From the NCBI GenBank assembly GCA_031546845.1, contig JAVBJT010000038.1, positions 2,387 to 66,386 of the forward strand: DNA of 64,000 nucleotides, written 5' to 3'. Both the position numbers and the translations under genes were made by a program. A model generated the notes under the pieces. That model saw only the letters and a program-made list of their open reading frames with translations. It did not search any database and was not told the DNA's origin. Positions 14,620 through 24,630 of this stretch are shown here, one piece after another (positions within the stretch are counted from its first letter, which is position 1; the number at the start of each line of letters is the position of its first letter). The DNA comes from Azoarcus sp. Lineage in GTDB: Bacteria; Pseudomonadota; Gammaproteobacteria; Burkholderiales; Rhodocyclaceae.

Positions 14620-15045
14620 TTACTTACCGTAGACATTCATTCCGGGGAAGAAAAACGCCACTTCCACCGCGGCCGTATCCGAACCATCGGAACCATGCAC
14701 GGCATTGGCATCGATGGAGTCGGCGAAATCGGCGCGGATCGTGCCCGGCGCGGCCTTCTTCGGATCGGTGGCACCCATCAGATCGCGGTTTTTCGCAATC
14801 GCGCCTTCGCCCTCGAGCACCTGAATCATCACCGGGCCGGAAATCATGAACGAAACCAGATCCTTGAAAAACGGACGTTCCTTATGCACGGCGTAAAATT
14901 GGCCGGCTTCAGCCTCGGACAAACGCACCAACTTGGCCGCGATGATCTTCAGGCCTGCGTCCTCGAAACGCTGATAAATCTTGCCGATTACGTTCTTGGC
15001 AACGGCATCGGGTTTGATGATGGAAAGGGTGCGTTCAATAGCCAT
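14620..15045 (-). CDS. ndk: Nucleoside diphosphate kinase
   Basis: 141-aa [18 protein letters not shown]...NAVHGSDG with catalytic His motif. Confidence 0.95.
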   Translation of the reverse strand: MAIERTLSIIKPDAVAKNVIGKIYQRFEDAGLKIIAAKLVRLSEAEAGQFYAVHKERPFFKDLVSFMISGPVMIQVLEGEGAIAKNRDLMGATDPKKAAPGTIRADFADSIDANAVHGSDGSDTAAVEVAFFFPGMNVYGK

Positions 15046-15143
15046 GGAAAAGCTCCGGGATTGTTTGTGACAAAGCAGGCAATTTTAGCAGACTTCGGCA
15101 ACAGCCCGGCACGCACGCCACATCCGGCACGCTTCGCTCCGCA

Positions 15144-15830
15144 TCACGCCTGCTTGCGCTCGGGTGCACCTCGTTCACGCCACCAGGCAACGACGATGGG
15201 CAGCAACGACACCACAATAATGCCGATCACCACAGCGGAAAGATTGTTCTTGATCACCGGCAAATTGCCGAACCAATACCCGAGCATGACCAGCGGTCCC
15301 ACCCAGAGCGCGCCACCGAACACATTGAAGGCGACAAAACGCCGATAGTCCATGCGCGCCATTCCGCCGACGAAAGGCGCAAAGGTACGAATGATGGGCA
15401 TGAAGCGCGCGATAACGATAGTTTTACCGCCGTGGCGCGCATAAAACGCCTGGGTCCGCTCCAGCGCCTTGCGGTTGAAAAAACGGCTGTTCTCCCACTT
15501 TGCGATCCGCGCGCCAAAACGCCGGCCGATGGTGTAATTCACTGTATCGCCCAACACCGCGGCGGCAAACAGCAAGGGAATCAATACCGCGGGGTCCAGT
15601 CCGCCGCCCGCCGCCAACGCGCCCGCCATGAACAACAACGAGTCGCCCGGCAAGAAAGGCGTTACCACCAATCCGGTTTCGCAAAACACGATCGCGAACA
15701 AAATGGCGTAAAGCCAAACGCCGTACTGCGCCAGCAACGCTTCAAGATGCTGATCCAGATGCAGCAGCAAATCGACAAAATGAAAAAACAACTGGACGAA
15801 AAAATCGACAACTTCCATGAACGGACACAC
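15144..15830 (-). CDS. DedA/SNARE-associated family membrane protein
   Basis: Multi-TM ORF with DedA signature region (GLVVTPFLPGDSLLFMAGALAA...RFMPIIRTFAP). Confidence 0.8.
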   Translation of the reverse strand: MCPFMEVVDFFVQLFFHFVDLLLHLDQHLEALLAQYGVWLYAILFAIVFCETGLVVTPFLPGDSLLFMAGALAAGGGLDPAVLIPLLFAAAVLGDTVNYTIGRRFGARIAKWENSRFFNRKALERTQAFYARHGGKTIVIARFMPIIRTFAPFVGGMARMDYRRFVAFNVFGGALWVGPLVMLGYWFGNLPVIKNNLSAVVIGIIVVSLLPIVVAWWRERGAPERKQA

Positions 15831-15898
15831 AAGAAAGAGTGTGTTCGATCATATCCCAACACGCCCCCATAAGCCGCCCTGACCGAGTGGCGCCCCCA

Positions 15899-15944
15899 AC
15901 AAAACGAAAAAGAGGCGGCTCGGCGCTCGCCGAACCGCCTCTTT
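15899..15944 (-). terminator. Rho-independent terminator downstream of dctM
   Basis: GC hairpin gaggcggctcggcgctcgccgaaccgcctc followed on minus strand by T-run (ctttttcgtttt). Confidence 0.6.
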
Positions 15945-15963
15945 CCTCATCGCGCGATCTAAC

Positions 15964-17247
15964 TCAGAGCATGCCCAAAAAGCGTGGCAGCCACAGCGAA
16001 ATCTCGGGCACGTAGGTGACGATCACCAAGAACACCAACATCGTCAGCAGCCACGGCCACACCGCCACGGTCAGCTCCGTGATCCCCATCTTGGTGATAC
16101 CGGAAGCCACATAAAGATTGAGGCCCACCGGCGGATGGCACATACCGACTTCCATGTTCACCACCATGATGATGCCGAAATGCACCGGATGGATACCGAG
16201 CTTGATGGCAATCGGGAACAGGATCGGCGCCAGGATCAGCACAATCGACGAAGGCTCCATGAAATTGCCCGCGATTAGCATCAGGATGTTGGCCATGATG
16301 AGGAAGCCGATCACGCCGACGCCCGTGCCGATCATGGCATCCGCCATGCTCTGCGGAATGCCCTCGTGCGTGAGCAGGAAAGAGAACAGAACCGCGTTGG
16401 TGATGATGTAGAGCAGCATCGCGCTCATGTTGGCGGAGTTCAGCAAAACCTTGGGCACATCCCTCATGCGCAGGTCTTTGTACACGAACACCGCGACAAA
16501 AAAGGCATACGCCGCACTCATCGCCGCCGCTTCGGTCGGCGTGAAATAGCCCTTGTAGATACCGCCCATCACCACGACGATCAGGAACAGGCCCCAGAAG
16601 GACTCCCTGAAGGCTCTCCAGCGCTCCCCCCAGCTTGCCTTCGGCAAACGCGGATAACCAAACTTTTTCGCCCGGTACCACGTCGTGAAGCCAAGGAAAA
16701 CCGCAAGCATCAATCCCGGCACCACGCCGGCCATGAACAGCGCCCCCACCGACGTGTTGGTCGATACCGAATACATGACCATCACGATGGACGGCGGAAT
16801 CAAGATGCCGAGCGCACCGGAAGTCGTGATGACACCGGCGCCGAAGCGGTTGGGAAAGCCTTGCTTGACCATCGCCGGCAGCAAGATGGCGCCGATCGCC
16901 ACCACGGTGGCCGGACTGGACCCCGACACCGCGGCGAACAAGGCGCAAGCCAGCACGCCACCCAAGCCGAGACCGCCATGCCAATGACCGACCATTGCCG
17001 TGGCAAAGTTGATCATGCGTCGCGCCACGCCGCCGTGGGTCAGGAAATTACCGGCAAGAATGAAGAACGGAATCGCCATGATTTCGAACTTCTCTATCCC
17101 GGTAAACAACTTCATTGCCACGGATTCGATCGGCACCTGCGTCATGGCGAACAGAAACGTCAGTACCGTAAGCCCGAGCGAGATGGAGATGGGCATGCCC
17201 GTCAGCATCAGCGTCAGCAGAATAACGAAGATGATTGCGGCGCTCAT
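15964..17247 (-). CDS. dctM: TRAP transporter large permease subunit DctM
   Basis: 427-aa 12-TM ORF with DctM family pattern; 4-nt overlap with upstream dctQ. Confidence 0.9.
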   Translation of the reverse strand: MSAAIIFVILLTLMLTGMPISISLGLTVLTFLFAMTQVPIESVAMKLFTGIEKFEIMAIPFFILAGNFLTHGGVARRMINFATAMVGHWHGGLGLGGVLACALFAAVSGSSPATVVAIGAILLPAMVKQGFPNRFGAGVITTSGALGILIPPSIVMVMYSVSTNTSVGALFMAGVVPGLMLAVFLGFTTWYRAKKFGYPRLPKASWGERWRAFRESFWGLFLIVVVMGGIYKGYFTPTEAAAMSAAYAFFVAVFVYKDLRMRDVPKVLLNSANMSAMLLYIITNAVLFSFLLTHEGIPQSMADAMIGTGVGVIGFLIMANILMLIAGNFMEPSSIVLILAPILFPIAIKLGIHPVHFGIIMVVNMEVGMCHPPVGLNLYVASGITKMGITELTVAVWPWLLTMLVFLVIVTYVPEISLWLPRFLGML

Positions 17248-17963
17248 TGTTTGTCTCCCTTACCGGCGTCATCTTTCTGGGCGCCGTCCCCCGTGCCCAT
17301 ATTCTTGTGAACCAGATCGCGTGGATGAAGGTTGTCGTCCATATCGTAAGGATTCACATCCACCGGCAAGTGCTCTTCATCAATACCATCGACATGACCA
17401 TGATCGTGGTGCGGCAACTCGCCCGACCGCCAGAAATTCGTCAATACTTGCAGAAAGCGAAAGCACATCAAGTAAGACCCCAGCGGCACGGCGGTATAGA
17501 CGATCCAGGTCGGCCATTCCAGGTCAGGCGTTGTCGGCCCTTCGTACAAATCGCCCACATCCAGGCCAAGCCAGGTAAATATCTGGTAATGCGCGCCGTT
17601 TTCCCAGACGAATCTCGCCCCCAGGGTACCGATGATGCCGGTAAATAAGGCGCCGGCCATCAAGCCGAAAATGATGAAACGGCTGCGATTTTTCGCGGAC
17701 AGGCGATTGATGAGCACATCGACGCCGACGTGAATACCGGTACGCACGCCATACGCAGCGCCAAACTTGGCCATCCACACGAACATGATGATCGTCAGTT
17801 CCTGCGCCCAACCCAAATTGATGGACAACAGCCAGTCCTGCACTACGGGAATCGCAACGCCGGATCCGTAGCGGTGCAAAACCGACACGAAAATGATCGT
17901 CGTCGCCGCCCCCATGAGGAAAGCAATAAGCCACTCCTCGAGATGATCGAGTATTTTCAACAT
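17244..17963 (-). CDS. dctQ: TRAP transporter small permease subunit DctQ with unusual ~60-aa acidic/His-rich C-terminal tail
   Basis: 4-TM N-terminal region typical of DctQ; C-terminus ...GELPHHDHGHVDGIDEEHLPVDVNPYDMDDNLHPRDLVHKNMGTGDGAQKDDAGKGDKQ. Confidence 0.8.
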   Translation of the reverse strand: MLKILDHLEEWLIAFLMGAATTIIFVSVLHRYGSGVAIPVVQDWLLSINLGWAQELTIIMFVWMAKFGAAYGVRTGIHVGVDVLINRLSAKNRSRFIIFGLMAGALFTGIIGTLGARFVWENGAHYQIFTWLGLDVGDLYEGPTTPDLEWPTWIVYTAVPLGSYLMCFRFLQVLTNFWRSGELPHHDHGHVDGIDEEHLPVDVNPYDMDDNLHPRDLVHKNMGTGDGAQKDDAGKGDKQ

Positions 17964-17977
17964 AAATTTTTCTCACC

Positions 17978-18015
17978 ACGAAAAACGCCCGCCGATTCCA
18001 CAAAGCCGGCGGGCG
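17978..18015 (-). promoter_or_regulatory. Stem-loop/attenuator-type terminator between dctP and dctQM
   Basis: gcgcccgccggctttgtggaatcggcgggcg hairpin followed by ttttt on minus strand, placed in the 68-bp dctP-dctQ spacer. Confidence 0.5.
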
Positions 18016-18031
18016 CTGAACGGATTGCGAC

Positions 18032-19036
18032 TCAGAGTTTGTTCGGATCGAAACCGGTCGTCTGGTAGATGGATTGAATCAGATCGGCGCCGATGCGCGA
18101 CGCCATCGCCTTATGCACCGGCAGCAACGCCTTCTTGAACGCCATCCGCTCTTCCGGGGTCGGCTGATAGACCTCGGTGCGGCCCGCCTTTTTCACCGCC
18201 TCCAGCGCATGCACGTTTTCTTCCTTGGCGATCTGGTTGGCGTATTCGGTGGATTCCTTCACTGCACGCTCAAGCTGGCTGCGCACATCGGCCGGCAGAC
18301 CGTCCCAGAATTTCTTGTTGGTGATGACGGCATAACCCAGATAACCATGATCGGTCAGCGTCAAATACTTCTGCACCTCGTGCATCTTCTGCGTGTAGAG
18401 GTTGGAAATCGGATTCTCCGTGCCATCCACGACACCGGTCTGCAAAGCCTGATAGACCTCGGAGAACGCCATCACCTGCGGCAAGGCCTTCAACTCACGG
18501 ATTTCTTCTTCAAGCACCTTGGATGACTGAATGCGTATCTTCTTGCCGCGCAGATCTTCCGGCTTTTTGATCGGTGTATTCGCCGAAAAAGACTTGAAGC
18601 CATTGTCCCAATACGCCAACCCTTTGATGCCCTTGGGTTCGAGCTTTGCAAGCAGTTGCTGGCCTACCGCGCCATAAGTGACCTTATGCAGATCTTCGTA
18701 GTTGTCGAAGATGAAAGGCAGATCGAAAACCTCGAATTCACGCACACCCAGCGGACCGAACTTCGCCAGACTGGGCGCCAACATCTGCACCGCGCCCAAC
18801 TGCAAGGCCTCGATTTCCTCTTTGTCCTTGTACAGCGTGCTGTTCGCGTAGACTTCCACCTTCACCGCGCCGTTGGTGTACTTCTCGGCCAGTTCCTTGA
18901 ACCGTTCGGCGGCCTTGCCCTTCGGCGTATCCTGGGCGACAACGTGGCTGAATTTGATCATGATCGGGTCCGCCGCCACGGTAACAGCGGACAAGCCCAT
19001 TGCCACCAAGCCAAACAGAAGCGCGCGAATTTTCAT
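18032..19036 (-). CDS. dctP: TRAP transporter periplasmic C4-dicarboxylate-binding subunit DctP
   Basis: 334-aa ORF with signal peptide and DctP family pattern. Confidence 0.9.
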   Translation of the reverse strand: MKIRALLFGLVAMGLSAVTVAADPIMIKFSHVVAQDTPKGKAAERFKELAEKYTNGAVKVEVYANSTLYKDKEEIEALQLGAVQMLAPSLAKFGPLGVREFEVFDLPFIFDNYEDLHKVTYGAVGQQLLAKLEPKGIKGLAYWDNGFKSFSANTPIKKPEDLRGKKIRIQSSKVLEEEIRELKALPQVMAFSEVYQALQTGVVDGTENPISNLYTQKMHEVQKYLTLTDHGYLGYAVITNKKFWDGLPADVRSQLERAVKESTEYANQIAKEENVHALEAVKKAGRTEVYQPTPEERMAFKKALLPVHKAMASRIGADLIQSIYQTTGFDPNKL

Positions 19037-19236
19037 GTTTCCTCCTTTATTTATGGTGAAGAATGCTCGCAGTCATTGCGTTTTATTCAGCCCGCACCGC
19101 CGCTGACGAACGTGAAACCCTTGCCATTCAGGCACGTGCGCCGGAGCTGAGCATCCAATAAGTATCCTTGCCACATCAACACGGTCGCTATTGTGGTCTT
19201 CCACATGACTGCACAGACCTCGTGAAGTCACACCCC

Positions 19237-21246
19237 ATGAACCGATCCGCCCTCGCACTCGCCCCACCCGCCGCCATGCAAGAACGCTGGTTTCACAACC
19301 TCGCGCCGCTGAGTCTGGCTCTCTGCCTTGCCGCCATCACCGCATTGGTCTGGTTCACGCGCGCATACGACGCCGAAGAGCAACAAGCCACGCTGATCAG
19401 CGACACGTTGTGGATGGAGCAGAATCTGCGCTTTCAACTCGACCGCAACGAAGCACAATTGCAGCAAATCGCGCCAGCGCTACTGAGCGGCGAGCGTCTG
19501 TCGACGCAAGCCGAGGCGCAACTACGCCAGTTGCTGACCCAGGACCGTGGCCTCATCCGTATTTTGTGGCGCGACCAGGACGGACAGTTGGTTGGCGCAT
19601 TGCCACCTATTACAGACAAGCATCTCGCGGACAAACACCCGACCGACGACACCACCACCACCACGCCGGAAGCCCTCTCCCGCCTCACCCGCTCCATCGG
19701 CCACCCGATTTTCGGTTCACCCTACCCAACCGCCGACGGTCAAATCCACTTTGAAGTCAGCATACCGACCTGGTCGGACAGCGCCTTTCTCGGCACGGTG
19801 ATCGGCGTGTATTCACTCTCCGATCTCGTCATGCGCGAATTGCCGTGGTGGTTTTCCGAACGTTATCGGGTGGCCGTGCTCGACGCCGACGGCAAGGAGA
19901 TCGCGGCCAAATCCAAGATCGCACCACTGGCCGCGAACCGCAGCTACACAACAAGCCTCGATCCACCCGGCCACGGCCTCCTGCTGCAGATCACCCCGTA
20001 CAAGAACGAAACTCGCTGGATGCCGCTACTGCTCAGCGCATCCATCATGCTGCTGGGTGGCGTCATCATCTGGAGCATCTGGCAGCTGCGCCGCCAACTC
20101 ACCCGCCGCCAAGCAGCCGAACAAGCGCTGCTTGAAGAATCGGCCTACCGCAAAGCCATGGAGGACTCACTGCTCACCGGATTACGCGCGCGCGATCTCG
20201 ACGGCCAACTGACTTACGTAAACCCGGCCTTTTGCCGCATGACCGGCTACGACGCCGCCGATCTGATCGGCCGCCGACCGCCCCTACCTTACTGGGAGTC
20301 GGACCACGACGAGCGCCGGCGCGAGCTTCAGGAATGCCTGCGCGACACCGGCTCGACACCCAATGGCGTCGAAATCCGTTTTCGTCGCAAGAACGGCGAC
20401 CGCCTCGACGTACTACTGTTCGAAGCGCCGCTGATCGACGCCCAGGGCCGCCATACCGGCTGGATGGGATCCTTGCTCGACATCACCGAGCAGAAACGCA
20501 CGCGCGCGCTGGCCCAGCAGCAGGAAGAGCGCCTGCAAGCCACATCGCGCCTGGTGACAATGGGTGAAATGGCCTCCACTCTGGCGCATGAACTGAATCA
20601 ACCGCTGACCGCCATCGCCAGCTACAGCAGCGGCTGCATAAACCGCCTGGAAGCGGCGGAAATCGACCGCGGAGAACTACACGGCATTCTCGAAAAACTT
20701 GACCGCCAAGCACACCGCGCGGGCGAAATCATCCGCCGTGTGTACGATTTCGTCCGCCGCTCCGAACCAAAACGCGAACTCCTCGACCTCAGCGCCGTAA
20801 TCCGCGATGCCATCGGCCTCATCGAAGCCGACGCACGCAAACGCCGCATGCGCCTTACCACCGAATTTGCACCGCAATTACCGAAAATCGCCGTCGACCC
20901 CGTCATGATCGAACAAGCCATCGTCAATCTCGTGCGTAACGGCATGGACGCAATGCGCGACACCCCGGTGGGACTACGTCATATCCATATATCGACCGCC
21001 CTCGACCCCAGCGCGCTCGAAGGCGGCGCGCTCGTCGTCCGCGTCACCGATTGCGGCTGCGGTATCGACGCCGACACCGCCCGCCACCTCTTTCAACCCT
21101 TCTTCACCACCAAGGAAGAAGGCATGGGCATGGGATTGAACATCTGCCGCTCAATCGCCGAGCTGCACCGCGGCCGCCTGTATTTCGAGCCAACCCCGAA
21201 CGGCGGTACCATTTTTACCCTTTCGCTCCCCCTGACCCTCGCATGA
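19237..21246 (+). CDS. dctS: FixL-like sensor histidine kinase (periplasmic sensing domain, PAS, HisKA, HATPase), DctS/DctB-type
   Basis: Start taken at MNRSALALAPP (internal Met of listed 692-aa ORF); TM-flanked periplasmic region, PAS (LTYVNPAFCRMTGYDAADLIG), H-box (ASTLAHELNQPL), G-boxes; divergent from dctPQM. Confidence 0.7.
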   Translation: MNRSALALAPPAAMQERWFHNLAPLSLALCLAAITALVWFTRAYDAEEQQATLISDTLWMEQNLRFQLDRNEAQLQQIAPALLSGERLSTQAEAQLRQLLTQDRGLIRILWRDQDGQLVGALPPITDKHLADKHPTDDTTTTTPEALSRLTRSIGHPIFGSPYPTADGQIHFEVSIPTWSDSAFLGTVIGVYSLSDLVMRELPWWFSERYRVAVLDADGKEIAAKSKIAPLAANRSYTTSLDPPGHGLLLQITPYKNETRWMPLLLSASIMLLGGVIIWSIWQLRRQLTRRQAAEQALLEESAYRKAMEDSLLTGLRARDLDGQLTYVNPAFCRMTGYDAADLIGRRPPLPYWESDHDERRRELQECLRDTGSTPNGVEIRFRRKNGDRLDVLLFEAPLIDAQGRHTGWMGSLLDITEQKRTRALAQQQEERLQATSRLVTMGEMASTLAHELNQPLTAIASYSSGCINRLEAAEIDRGELHGILEKLDRQAHRAGEIIRRVYDFVRRSEPKRELLDLSAVIRDAIGLIEADARKRRMRLTTEFAPQLPKIAVDPVMIEQAIVNLVRNGMDAMRDTPVGLRHIHISTALDPSALEGGALVVRVTDCGCGIDADTARHLFQPFFTTKEEGMGMGLNICRSIAELHRGRLYFEPTPNGGTIFTLSLPLTLA

Positions 21247-21848
21247 CGCCCACCCACGTCCACATCATCGACGACGATGAAGCTATTCGCGACGCCCTCA
21301 CGTGGCTGTTCAAAACCCGCGACATCGCCAGCCGCGCATGGCCCACCGGCGAAACCTTCATCAACGCCTGGCGGCCCGACTGGCGCGGCTGCATCGTTCT
21401 CGACATCCGCATGGACGGCATGAGCGGCCTCGAGTGCTTCGATGCCCTGCTCGCCCGCGGCAATCAACTACCCGTGATCTTCATCACCGGCCACGGCGAT
21501 GTACCGATGGCTGTCGGCGCACTCAAAAAAGGCGCATTTGATTTCATCGAAAAACCGTTCGACGACAAACACCTCATCACCCAGGTCGAAAAGGCGATCG
21601 AGCACGACACCACACAACACCGCGCCGCAACCGCGCGCGACACCACCGAAACCCGGCTCGCCACGCTCACCGCGCGCGAATACGAAGTCATGAACCGGAT
21701 ACTGGAAGGTAAATACAACAAAGTCATTGCCGACGAGTTGGCGATATCGGTCCGCACCGTGGAAGTACACCGCGCACGCGTATTCGACAAAATGCAGGTG
21801 CGCTCGGCGGTCGAACTGGCGCAATTGCTAACGGCGCGGCATGGCTGA
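21243..21848 (+). CDS. dctR: FixJ/LuxR-family response regulator (REC + LuxR HTH), DctR-like
   Basis: MTPTHVHIIDDDEAIRDAL...C-terminal LTAREYEVMNRILEGKYNKVIADELAISVRTVEVHRARVFDKM; ATGA overlap with kinase stop. Confidence 0.75.
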   Translation: MTPTHVHIIDDDEAIRDALTWLFKTRDIASRAWPTGETFINAWRPDWRGCIVLDIRMDGMSGLECFDALLARGNQLPVIFITGHGDVPMAVGALKKGAFDFIEKPFDDKHLITQVEKAIEHDTTQHRAATARDTTETRLATLTAREYEVMNRILEGKYNKVIADELAISVRTVEVHRARVFDKMQVRSAVELAQLLTARHG

Positions 21849-21886
21849 CGCACACCCCGCCGCGCTTACCCCCACCCCACGTTCAT

Positions 21887-23191
21887 TCACTCGTCCGCAA
21901 CGCCGAACGGCCGCCAGCACGGCAGAACGCCCGGCATGCCAGGCGCGCACGCAAACGCCGCCGCCACGCCAATCCCGCCGATCCACGCCGCCACGCCATC
22001 GATCCGCAGCACCGGCAAACGCTCGCGCATCCACGCCGGCACACCAGCCTCCTGGCACAGATTCTTGAAGCTGCGGCTCGGCCGCCGGGCATCCACACAA
22101 AAACGTAAGCCCGGCGTGCGCGCGCTCAGGCAAACATCATCTGCCTGCGCCAAAAATTCGCGGCCAACCCCAGCGCCAAGCAGCGGCGCAAACTCCACCA
22201 CACCACCAGCCCAGGCAAGCTGCGCTTCGCCGCGCCAATACACCGGAAAAGCTGGCACAGCCACAACCGGCGGCGCCAGCCACACCTTATCCCGATAAAC
22301 GCAGCAGTCCAACGCCCCGAGCGATACATGCAGCGGGCGCAACAAGGCTGCGGCGCGCAACTGCCGCACCGCCTCCCCCAACCGCGCCCGCGATGGCGCG
22401 GGCACACCGAAGCGCCGCGCCTGCCAACGCAACAGATTACCGATGCGCGCATCGCTCAATGCCAGCAAAGCCGCGCGGGAAAGCTCGGCGCCGCCACAGC
22501 CGCGTTCATCGAGCGCGGCCAACTCGTCGAGCAACTCGCCCGCCTCGTGAAAATGATCCGCCGCCCGCGCCAATGCCGGCACGGCGGCCGGAAAGCCCAC
22601 CTCGATCGCCGGCAGCACGCGGTGGCGTAAGTCGTTGCGCGTATAGCGGCGGTCGGCGTTACTCTCATCCTCGACCCATGCCAAATCCTGCGCCCGCGCA
22701 TACGCGGCAATGCGCTCGCGCCGCACCGCGAGCAAAGGGCGCAGGCGCTTGCCTTGCCGCGCCGCCATCGCGCCGGCGCCGCGCAACCCGGTACCACGCA
22801 GTAAGCGGAAAAGCAGCGTTTCGGCTTGATCGTCCTGATGATGGCCCAACACCAGCCAATCGCACTCGACCGTTGCCAAGGCCCGATGGCGCTCGTGGCG
22901 GGCAGCAGCCTCCAGACCTTCCGGATGATTGCGGCGCACATCGACAGGGAAAACGTGCAGCGGCACGTCCACGCGGGCGCACAAACGCGCGCAGAACGCC
23001 TGCCAGGCGTCGGCGTGAGGGCTCAGACCATGATGAACGTGCGCCGCGACCAGTTCATAACCGAAGCGCGGCTGCAAGCGGACGAGCAGATCAAACACAA
23101 CAACGGAATCGACGCCCCCGGAAAGCGCGCAGCACAGTTTGCTGTGCGCCCGGACGCCGGCTTCGTCGAGCACACCGGCAACGATACCGAC
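21887..23191 (-). CDS. tilS: tRNA(Ile)-lysidine synthetase TilS (start codon uncertain)
   Basis: SGGVDS PP-loop and TilS C-terminal domain; listed ORF begins 23389 but would overlap accA by >150 nt; TTG(23191)/GTG(23173)/ATG(23263) candidates. Confidence 0.7.
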   Translation of the reverse strand, partial: VGIVAGVLDEAGVRAHSKLCCALSGGVDSVVVFDLLVRLQPRFGYELVAAHVHHGLSPHADAWQAFCARLCARVDVPLHVFPVDVRRNHPEGLEAAARHERHRALATVECDWLVLGHHQDDQAETLLFRLLRGTGLRGAGAMAARQGKRLRPLLAVRRERIAAYARAQDLAWVEDESNADRRYTRNDLRHRVLPAIEVGFPAAVPALARAADHFHEAGELLDELAALDERGCGGAELSRAALLALSDARIGNLLRWQARRFGVPAPSRARLGEAVRQLRAAALLRPLHVSLGALDCCVYRDKVWLAPPVVAVPAFPVYWRGEAQLAWAGGVVEFAPLLGAGVGREFLAQADDVCLSARTPGLRFCVDARRPSRSFKNLCQEAGVPAWMRERLPVLRIDGVAAWIGGIGVAAAFACAPGMPGVLPCWRPFGVADE

Positions 23192-23228
23192 CAACGCCTC
23201 ATGATCGGCAACGGCCGGCAGCGGCGAA

Positions 23229-24197
23229 TCAGGCGACCCGCTGTTCCTTGAAGCGGCCATAGCCCATGAGCCGCTCCAGGCGCTGCTCCACCAGTTCGGA
23301 CGGCGACATCGAATCGACTTGGCGCAAAGCCTCGGCAAGCGCGCGCTTAAGGCTCTGGGCCATGACGCGATAATCGCGGTGAGCGCCACCCACCGGCTCG
23401 TTGACGATTTTATCGATGAGCCCCAAGGATTTCAGCCGCGCGGCGGTAATACCCATGGTTTCCGCCGCCTCGGCCGCCTTTTCCGCGCTTTTCCACAAAA
23501 TGGAAGCGCAGCCTTCGGGCGAGATCACCGAATAAATCGAATACTGCAGCATCAACACCTGGTCGCCCACGGCGATCGCAAGCGCACCGCCGGAACCGCC
23601 CTCGCCGATGATGGTGCAGATAAGCGGCACCTTCAGCTCGGCCATGGCGTACAGATTGCGGCCAATGGCTTCGGACTGGCCACGCTCCTCGGCGCCAATG
23701 CCAGGATAAGCGCCGGGCGTATCGACAAAAGTAAACACCGGCAGGCTGAATTTCTCCGCCAGCCGCATCAACCGTAGCGCCTTGCGATATCCCTCGGGAC
23801 GCGGCATACCAAAGTTGCGCACGATTTTTTCCTTGGTATCGCGCCCTTTCTGGTGGCCGATGACGACGCAGCTCTGGCCGTTGAAACGGGCCAAACCGCC
23901 GATGATCGCCTTATCGTCGGCGTAAGTGCGGTCGCCGTGCAATTCCTCAAAATCGGTAAAGATGTGCTGCGCGTAATCCAGGGTGTACGGGCGCTGCTGA
24001 TGGCGCGCCACCTGGGCGATTTGCCACGCCGTGAGCTTACTGTAGATATCCTTCGTCAGCGCTTGGCTCTTCGCCTCCAAGCGGGCGATTTCCTCGGAAA
24101 TATCGACCGCCGAATCGTCCTGCACAAACCGCAGCCGCTCGATTTTTTCTTCAAGCTCGGCAACCGGCCGCTCAAACTCCAGAAAGGTGGTTTTCAT
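23229..24197 (-). CDS. accA: Acetyl-CoA carboxylase carboxyltransferase alpha subunit
   Basis: Start inferred at [24 protein letters not shown]; AccA core ([17 protein letters not shown]...). Confidence 0.9.
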   Translation of the reverse strand: MKTTFLEFERPVAELEEKIERLRFVQDDSAVDISEEIARLEAKSQALTKDIYSKLTAWQIAQVARHQQRPYTLDYAQHIFTDFEELHGDRTYADDKAIIGGLARFNGQSCVVIGHQKGRDTKEKIVRNFGMPRPEGYRKALRLMRLAEKFSLPVFTFVDTPGAYPGIGAEERGQSEAIGRNLYAMAELKVPLICTIIGEGGSGGALAIAVGDQVLMLQYSIYSVISPEGCASILWKSAEKAAEAAETMGITAARLKSLGLIDKIVNEPVGGAHRDYRVMAQSLKRALAEALRQVDSMSPSELVEQRLERLMGYGRFKEQRVA

Positions 24198-24630
24198 CAA
24201 ACCGTTCCCAACAAAAAAGTCCGTCATTGTACCGCGCCCGCTCCCGCTAGCGGCCCCCCGTGACAGCGCCGAACGTATACGGCATGATGCAGCACCTTGA
24301 ACAACAGAAGGAGGAGCGGGGTTTTCCGTGCCCCGTCCCATGGGTAGTCGAAGTTCACCGCCAACGCTGTCACTCACCGCCTTGCCCGCGCAATTCATTC
24401 CTGCCGCGCGGACGCACACAGATTCCCGCGCAGTTCCTCGACCCGGCCTTCCCGCAGACGCCGGCGCGCCCGGACGATATCGCCCCGTGCCCGGCAACGG
24501 CGTTACCACGGTAGATCGCTTTCCGTCTTACCTCCCCGCCCCCCGCTCCGCGCTTCACATCGGCCCCGCCGTCGTTCCGCAACGCGCGCCGCGTACCCTG
24601 CCCCCAACATCCCTCCCGGGTAACTGAAAA

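Noticed and set aside
19168-19236. Upstream extension of the sensor kinase ORF (MPHQHGRYCGLPHDCTDLVKSHP...)
   Set aside because: The in-frame Met MNRSALALAPP lies immediately before the first TM helix and is the conventional kinase N-terminus. The extension is Cys/His-rich with no RBS.
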